A stretch of DNA of 35,720 bases from an uncultured Leucobacter sp. GTDB taxonomy: Bacteria > Actinomycetota > Actinomycetes > Actinomycetales > Microbacteriaceae. The DNA lies in assembly GCA_945952575.1 (NCBI GenBank), contig CAMFIY010000001.1, forward strand, positions 1 to 35,720, read 5' to 3'. This document shows positions 1 through 8,960 of this stretch, piece after piece. The notes under the pieces are model-generated. The model had not been told where the DNA came from, ran no database searches, and saw only the letters and a program-made list of their open reading frames with translations. Each line of letters opens with the position of its first letter. The stretch's first letter is position 1. Position numbers and translations under genes: made by a program.

Positions 1-23
1 TCGGAGATGTGTATAAGAGACAG
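1..23 (+). other. Nextera adapter / Tn5 mosaic end (sequencing artefact)
   Basis: TCGGAGATGTGTATAAGAGACAG is the 3' end of the Nextera read-2 transposome adapter. Confidence 0.97.
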
Positions 24-24
24 C

Positions 25-150
25 GCCGACGGTGCCTTCGGCGCCGGTGCGTCCCCGGCGCCCGGAGCGGCATCGCCGGGCGTGAACGGGATCACGGTCA
101 CCCTGCACGAGTCGCATATCGCCTGGGCCGCCTATTCGAGGCCGGTATGA
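25..150 (+). CDS. C-terminal fragment of a 6-carboxytetrahydropterin synthase/PTPS-like protein (5' truncated by contig end)
   Basis: Frame from 25 reads ADGAFGAG...GITVTLHESHIAWAAYSRPV*; VTLHES..AWAxY resembles the C-terminal strand of T-fold PTPS/QueD-like proteins; stop overlaps next ATG (ATGA at 147-150). Confidence 0.65.
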   Translation, partial: ADGAFGAGASPAPGAASPGVNGITVTLHESHIAWAAYSRPV

Positions 151-1211
151 GTGCGCGCCTCACCCTCGTCGTGCCGGCGATGATCGACGATCCCGAGCGG
201 GTCAGCGGCGGCAACGTCTACGATCGCCGCCTGTCCGTCGAGCTGGGTGCGGCAGGCCGCCCGGTCCGGCTCGTGAGGGTCGGCGGTGAGGAGAGGAGTG
301 TCGCGGTGCCGGGCGGATCCCATGCACCGGCTCTCGCACGCGCGCTGGCGGGCCTCCCCGATCGCAGCACCGCGCTGATCGACGGACTGCTCGTGGCACC
401 CGAGCCGAGGGCGGTACTCGCGCATCGCGCACAGCTCGAGCTCGCGATCCTCGTCCACATGGTTCCGCCGGTCCTGAGCGCGGACGAACTGGATGCGCTC
501 CGGTCTGCGGGGCTGCTCGTCGCGACGAGCGAGTGGACCCGGTCGGCACTCGCGGCACGGGGCGTCGAGCCGAGCCGCATCGCCGTCGCGCGCCCGGGGA
601 TCGATCCCGCACCTCTGGCCGCGCACTCGCGGTCGGGCGGGCGCCTGCTGTGCGTCGCCGCCGTCGCCCCCCACAAGGGGCAGGATCTGCTGGTCGGGGC
701 GCTCGCCGGCATCGCGGATCTCGACGGCTGGAGCTGCGTGATCGCCGGATCCCCGACGGCCGCCCCCGGTTTCGCCGCTCGGCTGGAGGCCGGGATCGCG
801 GATGCCGGACTCGACGGGCGGATCGCGTTCGCCGGCGCGCTGGCCGGGGACCGGCTCGAGGCCGCCTACGCGCGGAGCGATCTGCTGGTGCATCCGTCGC
901 GAGGCGAGAGCTATGGGATGGTCGTCGCCGAGGCGCTCGCGCGCGGGATCCCGGTGATCGCCGCTCGGGTCGGGGGCATCGCCGAGGCGGCGGCGCCCCG
1001 TGACGCAGCCCTATTCGTGCCGCCGGAGGACGCCGCGGCGCTCGGCCGGATGCTGCGGCGGTGGCTGACCGAGCGCGGTCTGCGCGTCGCCATGAGGCGC
1101 GCGGCGGCCGATGCCCGGAAGGCGGGGCGGTCGTGGGCGGAGACGGCGGCGGTCGTCTCCCGTGCGCTGGACGACCGCGCCCTCGCGCTGCAGACGGCGG
1201 GTGCGGGATGA
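147..1211 (+). CDS. Glycosyltransferase family 4 (GT-B)
   Basis: SGGNVYD near the N-terminus, HKGQDLL, and PSRGESYGMVVAEALARGIPVIAARVGGIAE signature; ATG at 147 coupled to upstream stop. Confidence 0.92.
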   Translation: MSARLTLVVPAMIDDPERVSGGNVYDRRLSVELGAAGRPVRLVRVGGEERSVAVPGGSHAPALARALAGLPDRSTALIDGLLVAPEPRAVLAHRAQLELAILVHMVPPVLSADELDALRSAGLLVATSEWTRSALAARGVEPSRIAVARPGIDPAPLAAHSRSGGRLLCVAAVAPHKGQDLLVGALAGIADLDGWSCVIAGSPTAAPGFAARLEAGIADAGLDGRIAFAGALAGDRLEAAYARSDLLVHPSRGESYGMVVAEALARGIPVIAARVGGIAEAAAPRDAALFVPPEDAAALGRMLRRWLTERGLRVAMRRAAADARKAGRSWAETAAVVSRALDDRALALQTAGAG

Positions 1212-2053
1212 GCGAGGTGATCGAGGTCAGCGGCGATTGGCTGGCACTGCGCGAGGCGGAGGACGCCCGCGCTCGCTCGCGCGTGCTGGCCGAGACGACG
1301 GCCGGGCTCCTGCCCGCCGGCCCGATCTCGGTGCACGATCTCGGGAGCGGCACGGGCTCGATGATGCGCTGGCTCGCGCCGATCCTGCCCGGGCCGCAGA
1401 CCTGGACCCTGCACGACTGGAACGCCGAGCTCACCGCGCGGGCAGCCGAGGGCGCGCCGCCTCGCGACCGCCGCGGCGAAGCCGTTTCGATCCGCACGCG
1501 CACCGGCGAGCTCGAGCGGCTCGAGGCGCACGACCTCGCCGGAGCCTCCCTCGTGACCGCGTCGGCGCTCCTCGACGTGCTCACCGAGGCCGAACTGCGC
1601 GCGATCGTGGGCGCATGCGTCGCGGTCGGCGCGCCGAGCCTCCTCGCGCTCAGCGTGACCGGCGAGGTCGAGCTCCGGCCGGCGGATCCGCTCGACGCTC
1701 GCATCTCTCGGCTCTTCAACGCCCACCAGCAGCGGGGCGTCGACGGCAGGGAGCTGCTCGGACCGAAGGCCCCGACCCTCGTCGCGCGTCTCTTCGCGCG
1801 CGCCGGATGGCGGGTCGAACGGGTGCGGACCGAGTGGCGACTCGACGCCGGTGACCCCCGGCTGCTCGAGGCGTGGCTCGACGGATGGGTGGAGGCGGCT
1901 GCGGAGCAGTCCGCCGCGGGGACGGGCGCGGGGCGGGATCCCGATCTGCACCGGGAGGCCGCCGGCTATCGGCGGCTCCGGTCCGCTCAATCGCGTCGCG
2001 GCGACCTCTCCGCCGCGGTCGCCCACGTCGACCTGCTGGCGGTGCCGCGATGA
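1208..2053 (+). CDS. Class I SAM-dependent methyltransferase-like protein
   Basis: WLALRExxDARAR N-terminus, VHDLGSGTGS SAM motif I, VTASALLD; ATGA overlaps on both sides. Confidence 0.85.
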   Translation: MSEVIEVSGDWLALREAEDARARSRVLAETTAGLLPAGPISVHDLGSGTGSMMRWLAPILPGPQTWTLHDWNAELTARAAEGAPPRDRRGEAVSIRTRTGELERLEAHDLAGASLVTASALLDVLTEAELRAIVGACVAVGAPSLLALSVTGEVELRPADPLDARISRLFNAHQQRGVDGRELLGPKAPTLVARLFARAGWRVERVRTEWRLDAGDPRLLEAWLDGWVEAAAEQSAAGTGAGRDPDLHREAAGYRRLRSAQSRRGDLSAAVAHVDLLAVPR

Positions 2054-3108
2054 CCCGGCGCCCGCGTGCGGTCCCCGGCTTCGCGGCCGCGACCCGGTCG
2101 GTCGCCCGTTCGCGCTGGACCGGCCCGGCCGTGGGCGTCGTCGTGCTCGTGGCGCTCCTCGCCGCGCTGGGCGCGGAACCCTTCCTGCGCGGGCTCCGGA
2201 GCCTCACCCCGTCGGTGGCGCTGGCGGCGGTCGCGCTGACCGCGCTCGCGACCGGGGCGGCGGCCTGGCGCTGGGTGGTCGTGTCTCGGCGGTTCGGCAT
2301 CGAGCTGCCCTGGGGCGCCGCGTTCGGCCTCTACTACCGCTCGCAGCTGCTCAACACGATTCTGCCGGGCGGGGTGCTCGGCGACGTCGGCCGGGCGGTG
2401 GACCACGGTCGGCGGATCGCCGGAGTCGGTCCTGCCGCACGCGTCGTCGTGGTGGAGCGCATGCTCGGCCAGCTCGTCCAGGTGATCGCGACGCTCGCGA
2501 TCCTGGGCCTGATCGACGCCCGGTATGCCGTGGGCTTCGCACCGGTGCTCGGGGCGGTGCTCGGGATCGTGGCCGGGTTTCTCGCGCTCGCCGCGGCGGC
2601 GAGCGGCCGGTTCCGGCGGAGGACGAGACGGGAGCTGCGCGGGATCGTCGCCGCACTGCGCTCGTCGAGCGCCGCACTGCAGATCGTCACGGCGTCGCTG
2701 CTCGTGGTCGGCTGCCATGCGTCGACGTTCGTCCTCGCGGCCGGCGCCGTCGGGATGAACGCAGCGACGCCCCCGGGGCAGCTGCTCGCTCTCGCCCTCG
2801 TCGTGCTGCTCGCCGCTGCTCTGCCGATCAGCATCGGCGGTTGGGGTCCGCGCGAGGGGGTCGCCGCCTGGGCGTTCGCGCTCGCAGGCTACGGGGCCGG
2901 GACGGGTGTCGCCGCGGCCACCCTCTTCGGCGTGCTCGCCTTCATCTCAGTCATCCCGGGCGCGGTCGCGGCTCAGGCCGCCGCCCTCATCATCAGGAGG
3001 TCCCACCGTGAACGAACATCCCTACGTGGTCCTGAATTGCGCGATCTCCCTGGACGGGTACATCGACACGGAGCGCCCGCCGCGGCTCCTCCTCTCGAAC
3101 GTGGCTGA
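2050..3108 (+). CDS. Lysylphosphatidylglycerol synthase TM / UPF0104 flippase-like membrane protein
   Basis: Multiple TM segments; YYRSQLLNTILPGGVLGDVGRA, ER motif and LPISIGGWGPRE are typical of this family. Confidence 0.85.
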   Translation: MTRRPRAVPGFAAATRSVARSRWTGPAVGVVVLVALLAALGAEPFLRGLRSLTPSVALAAVALTALATGAAAWRWVVVSRRFGIELPWGAAFGLYYRSQLLNTILPGGVLGDVGRAVDHGRRIAGVGPAARVVVVERMLGQLVQVIATLAILGLIDARYAVGFAPVLGAVLGIVAGFLALAAAASGRFRRRTRRELRGIVAALRSSSAALQIVTASLLVVGCHASTFVLAAGAVGMNAATPPGQLLALALVVLLAAALPISIGGWGPREGVAAWAFALAGYGAGTGVAAATLFGVLAFISVIPGAVAAQAAALIIRRSHRERTSLRGPELRDLPGRVHRHGAPAAAPPLERG

Positions 3109-3748
3109 CTTCGACCGGGTCGACGAGGTCCGTGCGGCCAGCGACGTGATCCTGGTCGGCGCGCGCACGGTGCGCCGCGACAATCCGAGGCTGCTGGTCC
3201 GCAGCGATGAGCGCCGTGAGCGCCGGGTCGCGGCCGGTCGCCCCGCTTCGCCGTGCAAGGCGACCGTGACGGCGAGCGGAGATCTCGATCCTCGGGCCGC
3301 GTTCTTCGCCCAGGGCGACGCCCCGAAGCTCGTCTACTGCCCGCGCGGCGAGGAGCGGCGGCTGCGGCGGCGGCTCGGCGAGCTCGCGACCGTCGTGCCG
3401 CTCGGCCGGGAGGTGCGGATGCCGGATCTGCTCGAGGATCTGGGCGCACGCGGCTCGCGGCGCCTCCTGGTCGAGGGCGGTGGGATGACGCTCACGCAGT
3501 TCTTGGCCGCCGACCTCGTGGATGAGCTGCTGCTCGCGGTCGCTCCCTTCTTCGTCGGCGACCGTCGAGCGCCGCGCTTCGTCGGTGACGCCGCGTTCCC
3601 CTGGAGCGGTGACCGGCGCGCCGCGCTCATCGAGACCCGGACCATCGGCGACGTCGTCCTGCTGCGCTACGCGCTCTCGGATCGCTTCGGGGAGCGACCG
3701 CCGCTCAGCGCGGATCAGGGTCGGGAGCTCGCCCGGGAGGCCCGATGA
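3008..3748 (+). CDS. RibD C-terminal / dihydrofolate-reductase-fold pyrimidine reductase family protein
   Basis: PYVVLNCAISLDGYI, DVILVGARTVRRDNPRL, LLVEGGG, LVDEL; AGGAGG RBS at 2995-3000 before GTG 3008. Confidence 0.9.
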   Translation: MNEHPYVVLNCAISLDGYIDTERPPRLLLSNVADFDRVDEVRAASDVILVGARTVRRDNPRLLVRSDERRERRVAAGRPASPCKATVTASGDLDPRAAFFAQGDAPKLVYCPRGEERRLRRRLGELATVVPLGREVRMPDLLEDLGARGSRRLLVEGGGMTLTQFLAADLVDELLLAVAPFFVGDRRAPRFVGDAAFPWSGDRRAALIETRTIGDVVLLRYALSDRFGERPPLSADQGRELAREAR

Positions 3749-5409
3749 GCGGTACCGGTGCGCGTTCGATGCGCTCGTCGCGGGCCGTCGTGCTCACCGC
3801 CGCGGCCGCTGCGGTGCTCTTCGTCGTCGCACTCGCGCCGGGGGTCATCGGCGCGGGATCCGCACGGGCGCTGGTCCGGCTCCCGCTCGAGATCCCGATC
3901 GCACTGATCCTGCTGCTCGTGATCCGCGGCCGCCGGGCGAGGCGGGCGGTCGCGACCCTCGTGGCCCTGCTGCTGGTGCTGGCGATCATCGACGCCGCGC
4001 TCGATCGGGTGTTCGCCGAGACCGTGGGGCACGCGTTCGACCCGGTGACGGGGTGGCCCGAGCTGGTGAGCGGCTACGGGGTGATCCGGGATTCGCTCGG
4101 GTGGATCCGAGCGTTCGTCCTGCTGATCCTCGTGGCCCTCGCCTCCGCGTGGGCGGTCGTCGCCGTCGCCGCCTCGCTCCTCCGCGTCGCGCAGGCACTG
4201 TCGGCCCGGCGCTCGCGGGGCGCCGCGACGCTGGTCGCGATCACAGCGTCCTGGCTGGTTCTCGCGCTGCTCGGCGTGCAGCTCGCTCCGGGTGAGCCGG
4301 CCGCTGCGGCGGATGCGGTCGACGCCGTCGTCGACGAGACCGCGCGGCAGATCGCGGCTGCGAACGAGAACGCCGCCTTCGAGCGGGCGATCGCGACCGA
4401 CGCCTTCGCCGGGTCGCCCGGGTCCGAGCTGCTGACGGGGCTCGCCGGCAAGGATGTCGTGGTGGCATTCATAGAGAGCTACGGGCGCTCCGCGGTCGAG
4501 GGCTCGTCGTTCTCGCCCGGCGTGAACCGGGTGCTGACGCGCGGTGAGGCCCGACTCGCTGCGCACGGCTACGCGTCGCGCAGCGCGTTCCTCGTCTCGC
4601 CGGCCTTCGGCGGTATGAGCTGGCTGGCGCACTCCACGCTGCAGTCCGGGCTGTGGATCGATTCGCAGCAGAAGTACGACCGCGTCACCTCCGGTTCCCG
4701 TCTCACGCTGAGCGCGGCGTTCGGGCGCGCGGGTTGGCGCACGGTCAGCGATGTCCCCTCGAACACGCGGGACTGGCCGGTCGGCCGCGACTTCTACGGC
4801 TTCGATGCCCAGCTGAACGCGCTGAACGTGGGGTATCGGGGGCCGCGCTTCAGCTACGCCCAGGTGCCCGACCAGTTCACGTGGGCTGCGTTCCGGAGAC
4901 TCGAGCTGGCCGCACCTCACCGGCCGGTGATGGCCGAGATCGACTTCGCCTCCTCGCACATGCCCTGGACGCCGTTGCCGAGCATGGTGCCGTGGGAGTC
5001 GCTGGGCGACGGTTCCGTCTACGCGCCGCAACCGGGCACGGGGATCGCACCCATGACCGCGTGGGAGGATCCGGATCTCGTGAGGCAGCTCTACGGCCGG
5101 TCGATCGAGTACTCACTGAACGCCCTCTTCTCCTACCTCACCGCCTATGACGACCCGGACCTCGTGCTCGTCGTGCTTGGCGATCATCAGCCGGCTCCCG
5201 TGGTGAGCGGCGCCGGTGCGAGCCACGACGTGCCGATCAGCATCATCGCGAAGGATCCCGCGGTGATGAACCGCATCGAGGGATGGCGCTGGCAGCCGGG
5301 GATGCGGCCGGATGCGGCAGCGCCCGAGTGGCGCATGGACCGGTTCCGGGATCGCTTCCTCGAGGCCTACGGACCCCGGGCGTCCGCGCCCGCAGCGCCC
5401 GCGGACTGA
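3745..5409 (+). CDS. Membrane-anchored sulfatase/alkaline-phosphatase-superfamily (LTA-synthase-like) protein
   Basis: About 5 N-terminal TM helices then FIESYG, FGGMSWLAHSTLQSG, SSHMPW, VLGDHQP metal-binding-type motifs. Confidence 0.75.
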   Translation: MSGTGARSMRSSRAVVLTAAAAAVLFVVALAPGVIGAGSARALVRLPLEIPIALILLLVIRGRRARRAVATLVALLLVLAIIDAALDRVFAETVGHAFDPVTGWPELVSGYGVIRDSLGWIRAFVLLILVALASAWAVVAVAASLLRVAQALSARRSRGAATLVAITASWLVLALLGVQLAPGEPAAAADAVDAVVDETARQIAAANENAAFERAIATDAFAGSPGSELLTGLAGKDVVVAFIESYGRSAVEGSSFSPGVNRVLTRGEARLAAHGYASRSAFLVSPAFGGMSWLAHSTLQSGLWIDSQQKYDRVTSGSRLTLSAAFGRAGWRTVSDVPSNTRDWPVGRDFYGFDAQLNALNVGYRGPRFSYAQVPDQFTWAAFRRLELAAPHRPVMAEIDFASSHMPWTPLPSMVPWESLGDGSVYAPQPGTGIAPMTAWEDPDLVRQLYGRSIEYSLNALFSYLTAYDDPDLVLVVLGDHQPAPVVSGAGASHDVPISIIAKDPAVMNRIEGWRWQPGMRPDAAAPEWRMDRFRDRFLEAYGPRASAPAAPAD

Positions 5410-5434
5410 ACCTTTCCGCCGTCCGCCTCGTGTT
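5407..5434 (+). promoter_or_regulatory. SigL-type ECF promoter TGAACC-N16-CGTGTT
   Basis: TGAACC 5407-5412, 16-nt spacer, CGT 5429-5431; a matching element lies upstream of the sigma gene. Confidence 0.6.
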
Positions 5435-5483
5435 CCCCGCAAGGCCTCACCGACGAGGTCGGATCCGGAAGGCAGGTTGCCCC

Positions 5484-5882
5484 ATGACCGACACCACCAC
5501 GCGCCCGATCCCGTTCCTGCGCCTCCTCGGCGCCGCCGCGCTGCTCGCGACGGGCGCGATCCACGTCTATCTGATCTTCACGGGGGTCGGCGGGATCCTG
5601 GGCGTGATGTTCGCGCTGAACGGCGCAGCCGGTATCGTGCTCGGGATCGGGCTGCTCGTGCTCCACGGTCGTCTGCTGTTGGCGGCGGCGGTACTCGGGC
5701 TGCTGTTCCTGATCGCGAGCCTCGCGGCCCTGCTCCTCGCGCTCACCGTCGGGCTGTTCGGGATCACGGAGGTGTGGAGCTTCCGAATGGTGCCCGAGAC
5801 CGTGATCGTCGAGTCGATCGGCGTGATCCTGCTCGCGGTCACCACGGGCGCCCTGCTCCGCACCGCGCGAGATCGCCGCTGA
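5484..5882 (+). CDS. Small 4-TM membrane protein
   Basis: Hydrophobic segments, GAIHVYL; GGAAGG-like RBS; ATG at 5484. Confidence 0.8.
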   Translation: MTDTTTRPIPFLRLLGAAALLATGAIHVYLIFTGVGGILGVMFALNGAAGIVLGIGLLVLHGRLLLAAAVLGLLFLIASLAALLLALTVGLFGITEVWSFRMVPETVIVESIGVILLAVTTGALLRTARDRR

Positions 5883-5890
5883 GCGATGCG

Positions 5891-6694
5891 CTACGAGCGG
5901 TAGGCGGATCCGGGCGGCGGCTCCTTCGGGGCCGAGGCGTCGCCCGAGACCGGCAGCTCGGTCAGCACGTCGCCCGCCTCGGTCCGGATCTCGACCGAGC
6001 CGATCTCGCGCATGCTCAGCGCGGTGCCCGCGCTGAGGGTGGCGGTCGATCCCGGGCCCGCGCGCCAGGAGGAGACCGTGGTCACCCTGCCGCTCGTGTC
6101 GACGACCGCGAGCACATAGGTCCAGACCTTGCCTGCAGCCGATCCCGATTCCTCCGGGTAGGCGCAGGAGAGCTCGATCCGCGTGCCCCAGGCCACGCTG
6201 TCGAGCGCGACCGAGGCCTCGAGCGGGCTCTGCGCGACGTTGACCATCGGCACCAGCGCGGTGGGCGCGGCCGGCTGCAGCACCGGGATCGCGATCGCGG
6301 CGGCGATCGCAGCTGCGGCTGTGACAGCAAGCGCCCCGGTGGCGATCCGCCGCCGGAGCCGGCGCATCCGGGCCCGCCGCACGACCGCGTGCCGGACGGA
6401 AGGATCCGGGCCCGAGGCCCCGGCGGTGCCGTCGGGTTCGGCACCGGAGGCGATCACGGCCGCGACCGCGGCGTCCGCGACGGCGGGTGCGGCGGCGAGT
6501 GCGCCGTGATCCCGCACCGACTGCGCGCTGACCCGGGAGAGCAGCGCGACGGTCGGCGTGAGCTCGGCGATCAGCGAGCGGCACTCGGTGCAGCCGGCGA
6601 CATGAGCCTCGTACTCGTGACGCTCGGCCGCGGGGAGCGCGCCGATCGCGTAGGCGGCGTCCCACTGCGCATACCGTTCGTGCTCGGGGTTCAT
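5891..6694 (-). CDS. Zinc-binding (ZAS, zf-HC2) membrane anti-sigma factor, RslA-like
   Basis: WDAAYAIGAL...YEAHVAGCTECR (HxxxCxxC), single TM, extracellular domain with WGTRIELSCAY; overlaps sigma stop. Confidence 0.9.
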   Translation of the reverse strand: MNPEHERYAQWDAAYAIGALPAAERHEYEAHVAGCTECRSLIAELTPTVALLSRVSAQSVRDHGALAAAPAVADAAVAAVIASGAEPDGTAGASGPDPSVRHAVVRRARMRRLRRRIATGALAVTAAAAIAAAIAIPVLQPAAPTALVPMVNVAQSPLEASVALDSVAWGTRIELSCAYPEESGSAAGKVWTYVLAVVDTSGRVTTVSSWRAGPGSTATLSAGTALSMREIGSVEIRTEAGDVLTELPVSGDASAPKEPPPGSAYRS

Positions 6695-7197
6695 CGGATC
6701 ACCCCTCTCTCTTGCAGCGCCAGACGCAGGGCGCGGAGCCCGTAGTGCAGTCTGGACTTCACCGTCCCCTCGGGGATCTCGAGCTCGGCGGCGGTCTGCG
6801 CGATGCTGCGCCCGCCGTAGTAGGCGACCACGATGACGGCGCGGTGCTCGGTGCTGAGCGTCGCGAGCGCTTCGTGGATGAGGATCGCGTCGAAGACCGC
6901 GTCGGTGTCGTCGGAGCTCACCGGCTCGGGCAGCTCGGCCACGGTCAGCTCGCGCCGCTTCCGGGCGCTGCGCGCCTCGTCGATGACGAGGTTGCGGGCG
7001 ACGGTGAAGAGCCAGGCGCGGGTCTCCGTCGGGTCGTCCTCCATGATCTTCGGGGTGCGCCAGGCGCGGAGCAGCGTCTCCTGGACGATGTCGTCGGCGA
7101 ATGCGCCGTCCCCGGTCAGGTGGACGACATAGCGCCAGACCGGTTTCGCGTGCAGGTCGTAGAGCGCGGTCAGGCGATCGATGTCCTGGGCCGCCAT
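6691..7197 (-). CDS. sigL: ECF sigma-70 factor, SigL-like
   Basis: DIVQETLLRAW, RAWLFTVARNLVID, IPEGTVKSRLHYGLRALRLALQERG, closely resembling actinobacterial SigL. Confidence 0.85.
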   Translation of the reverse strand: MAAQDIDRLTALYDLHAKPVWRYVVHLTGDGAFADDIVQETLLRAWRTPKIMEDDPTETRAWLFTVARNLVIDEARSARKRRELTVAELPEPVSSDDTDAVFDAILIHEALATLSTEHRAVIVVAYYGGRSIAQTAAELEIPEGTVKSRLHYGLRALRLALQERGVIR

Positions 7198-7220
7198 CGC
7201 ATCACCTCCCCTTGACCTAG

Positions 7221-7248
7221 TCCACGAAGGCGGGACTCGAGAAGTTCA
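7221..7248 (-). promoter_or_regulatory. SigL-type autoregulatory promoter TGAACT-N16-CGTGGA
   Basis: Minus strand TGAACT (7248-7243), 16 nt, CGT (7226-7224), followed by GGGAGG RBS and ATG 7197. Confidence 0.6.
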
Positions 7249-7373
7249 GTCTCATTATCCCGGTCCGGCCGGTCAGGCCAAGGGGAGGGGCTGGTACACG
7301 ATTCCCTAGTCTGGAGAGGGATGACCGCCTCGGCGATTCAGGATCAGGCGAGGAAACCCACGGAGTGCTCCCG

Positions 7374-8525
7374 TCAGCCGGAGACCTGCTTCGTGGCGGC
7401 ACTCGTCTGCGTGACGACGCTGTAGCCGCTTTTCACTCCGGTGACCTTGACGGTGATCTTCTTCCCCTTCGCGGCCTGGGAGATCCGGTAGCTCGGGCGG
7501 GTGGCCTTCGCGATCTTCTTCCCGCCGGCGTACCACTGGTAGCTCAGCTTCACTCCTGCGGGCCTCCACACGCCCGGCTTCGCCGTGAGCGTCCTGCCGA
7601 CCTTCGCGGTTCCCGAGATCTTCGGGGTCGGCGCGGACAGCCGACCTCTCGCGACGGCCGACGTCTGCGCACTGGTGGCCGATGCGGAGGTGTAGCCGGG
7701 CAGCGTGCCGGTCACCCTGACGCTCAGCCTCCTGCCCGCATCGGTGGCCGTCGGCACGTAGGCGTTCGCGTTCGCTTTCGCGATCGTCTTCCCGTCCCTG
7801 AGCCACTGATAGCCGAGACGGGTTCCGGCCGGCTGCCAGGAGCCGGCGCTTGCGGTCAGCTTCTTGCCCACCTGTGCGGTTCCCGAGATCTTCGGCGTGC
7901 CGGGGATGACCTCCGGGGCGTTCCCGCCGCCGCCCGCGGCGCACCCCTCGAAGCCGTAGGCGCAATGGAACTGCAGCGGGCTCGTGCCCACCGTGTAGGT
8001 CGTCGCCTTCGCCATGGAGCCCAGCAAGTCGGTGGAGGAGGTCGCGAGCCAGAACTGCCGGGAATCGACCTGCTTGGGGATCGGGCCCGTATAGACCCAT
8101 CGTGACCAGAACACGGCGAAGGTGTAGGTGGAGCTCGGAGCGCCGGGTGCGAGGGTCCACCGCAGCTGAGAGGTGTCGACATCCCAGCTGAGCGCGGTCG
8201 GGAACGAGGATTCATTGCCGTGCACCGCGAGTATCTCGTAGTGGATCTCGTCGTCGCCGCGGTCGAAGACCGCGATGTCCGGCAGCGAGGAACCGAGGTC
8301 CAGCGAGGTCGCGATGTCGGGCGCGTTCGCGCCCGCGGGGAACTGGATCGCTCCGGAGATGGTCGCCGGGTCGGCGTGCACCGGTGATCCGAAGCCGAGC
8401 AGCGACACCGCGGCGCCGAGCACTGCGGCGATGAGCGGAACGACCGCGCGCGAGGCGATGCTCCGTCGTCCCGCGGAAGAAGAACTCGGGGTCGTCGAAG
8501 CCTCAGGGGCTGATGAAGCACGCAT
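7374..8525 (-). CDS. Secreted protein with two C-terminal Ig-like repeats
   Basis: Signal peptide ending VHA|D; two repeats TPKISGTA(Q/K)VG..LTA..G.W.PAG..L.YQW...GK.IAKA. Confidence 0.85.
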   Translation of the reverse strand: MRASSAPEASTTPSSSSAGRRSIASRAVVPLIAAVLGAAVSLLGFGSPVHADPATISGAIQFPAGANAPDIATSLDLGSSLPDIAVFDRGDDEIHYEILAVHGNESSFPTALSWDVDTSQLRWTLAPGAPSSTYTFAVFWSRWVYTGPIPKQVDSRQFWLATSSTDLLGSMAKATTYTVGTSPLQFHCAYGFEGCAAGGGGNAPEVIPGTPKISGTAQVGKKLTASAGSWQPAGTRLGYQWLRDGKTIAKANANAYVPTATDAGRRLSVRVTGTLPGYTSASATSAQTSAVARGRLSAPTPKISGTAKVGRTLTAKPGVWRPAGVKLSYQWYAGGKKIAKATRPSYRISQAAKGKKITVKVTGVKSGYSVVTQTSAATKQVSG

Positions 8526-8960
8526 GGGCGGACCCTCTCGTCTGCAACCAAAGCTGGACGATATCCCCCGCCTGCCACCCTACGACGCGCGGCCGTTTCG
8601 AGCTAGTGGCGGTTCCCGATCCGATCGCTTCGGGGAAGCCCGTCGGGTGCGATCCGGGGCTACGGCTGCCTCGTGAACTCCCCGCCTATCTCGGATGCAG
8701 ACCCGTTGACCACGAGCTGGTAGGCCGCAAGCCCGAGCAGCGCTGCCGCAATGGAGGCCGTAAGTCGGGGGCCTCGCCAGGGGGATTCGATGGCCGGGGT
8801 CATCTGGCAACTCTACAGAGCGGTTCCGTTCGCCTTGCTTCGACAGTCATTGCGGTGCTCCGACTGCCGATGGCTCCTGCGAGATGCGCGCGAGAGATCC
8901 GATGATCGAGTTCATTCCCCGATTTGTAACGTCTCGGTGCCTTCCGGAAACAATGTGTGT

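Noticed and set aside
9-146. N-terminal extension MYKRQRRR... of the glycosyltransferase ORF
   Set aside because: Starts inside the adapter and overlaps the upstream gene's real frame; true start is 147.
202-6745. Long Arg/Pro/Ala-rich alternative-frame and antisense ORFs (e.g. 202-1719, 3715-5031, 5312-6745)
   Set aside because: Shadow ORFs expected in very high GC DNA; they overlap well-supported genes and have no motifs.
8660-8803. 47-aa minus-strand ORF MTPAIESPWRGPRLTASIAAALLGLAAYQLVVNG... with one hydrophobic stretch
   Set aside because: No clear RBS or recognisable family; could be a remnant but cannot be supported.
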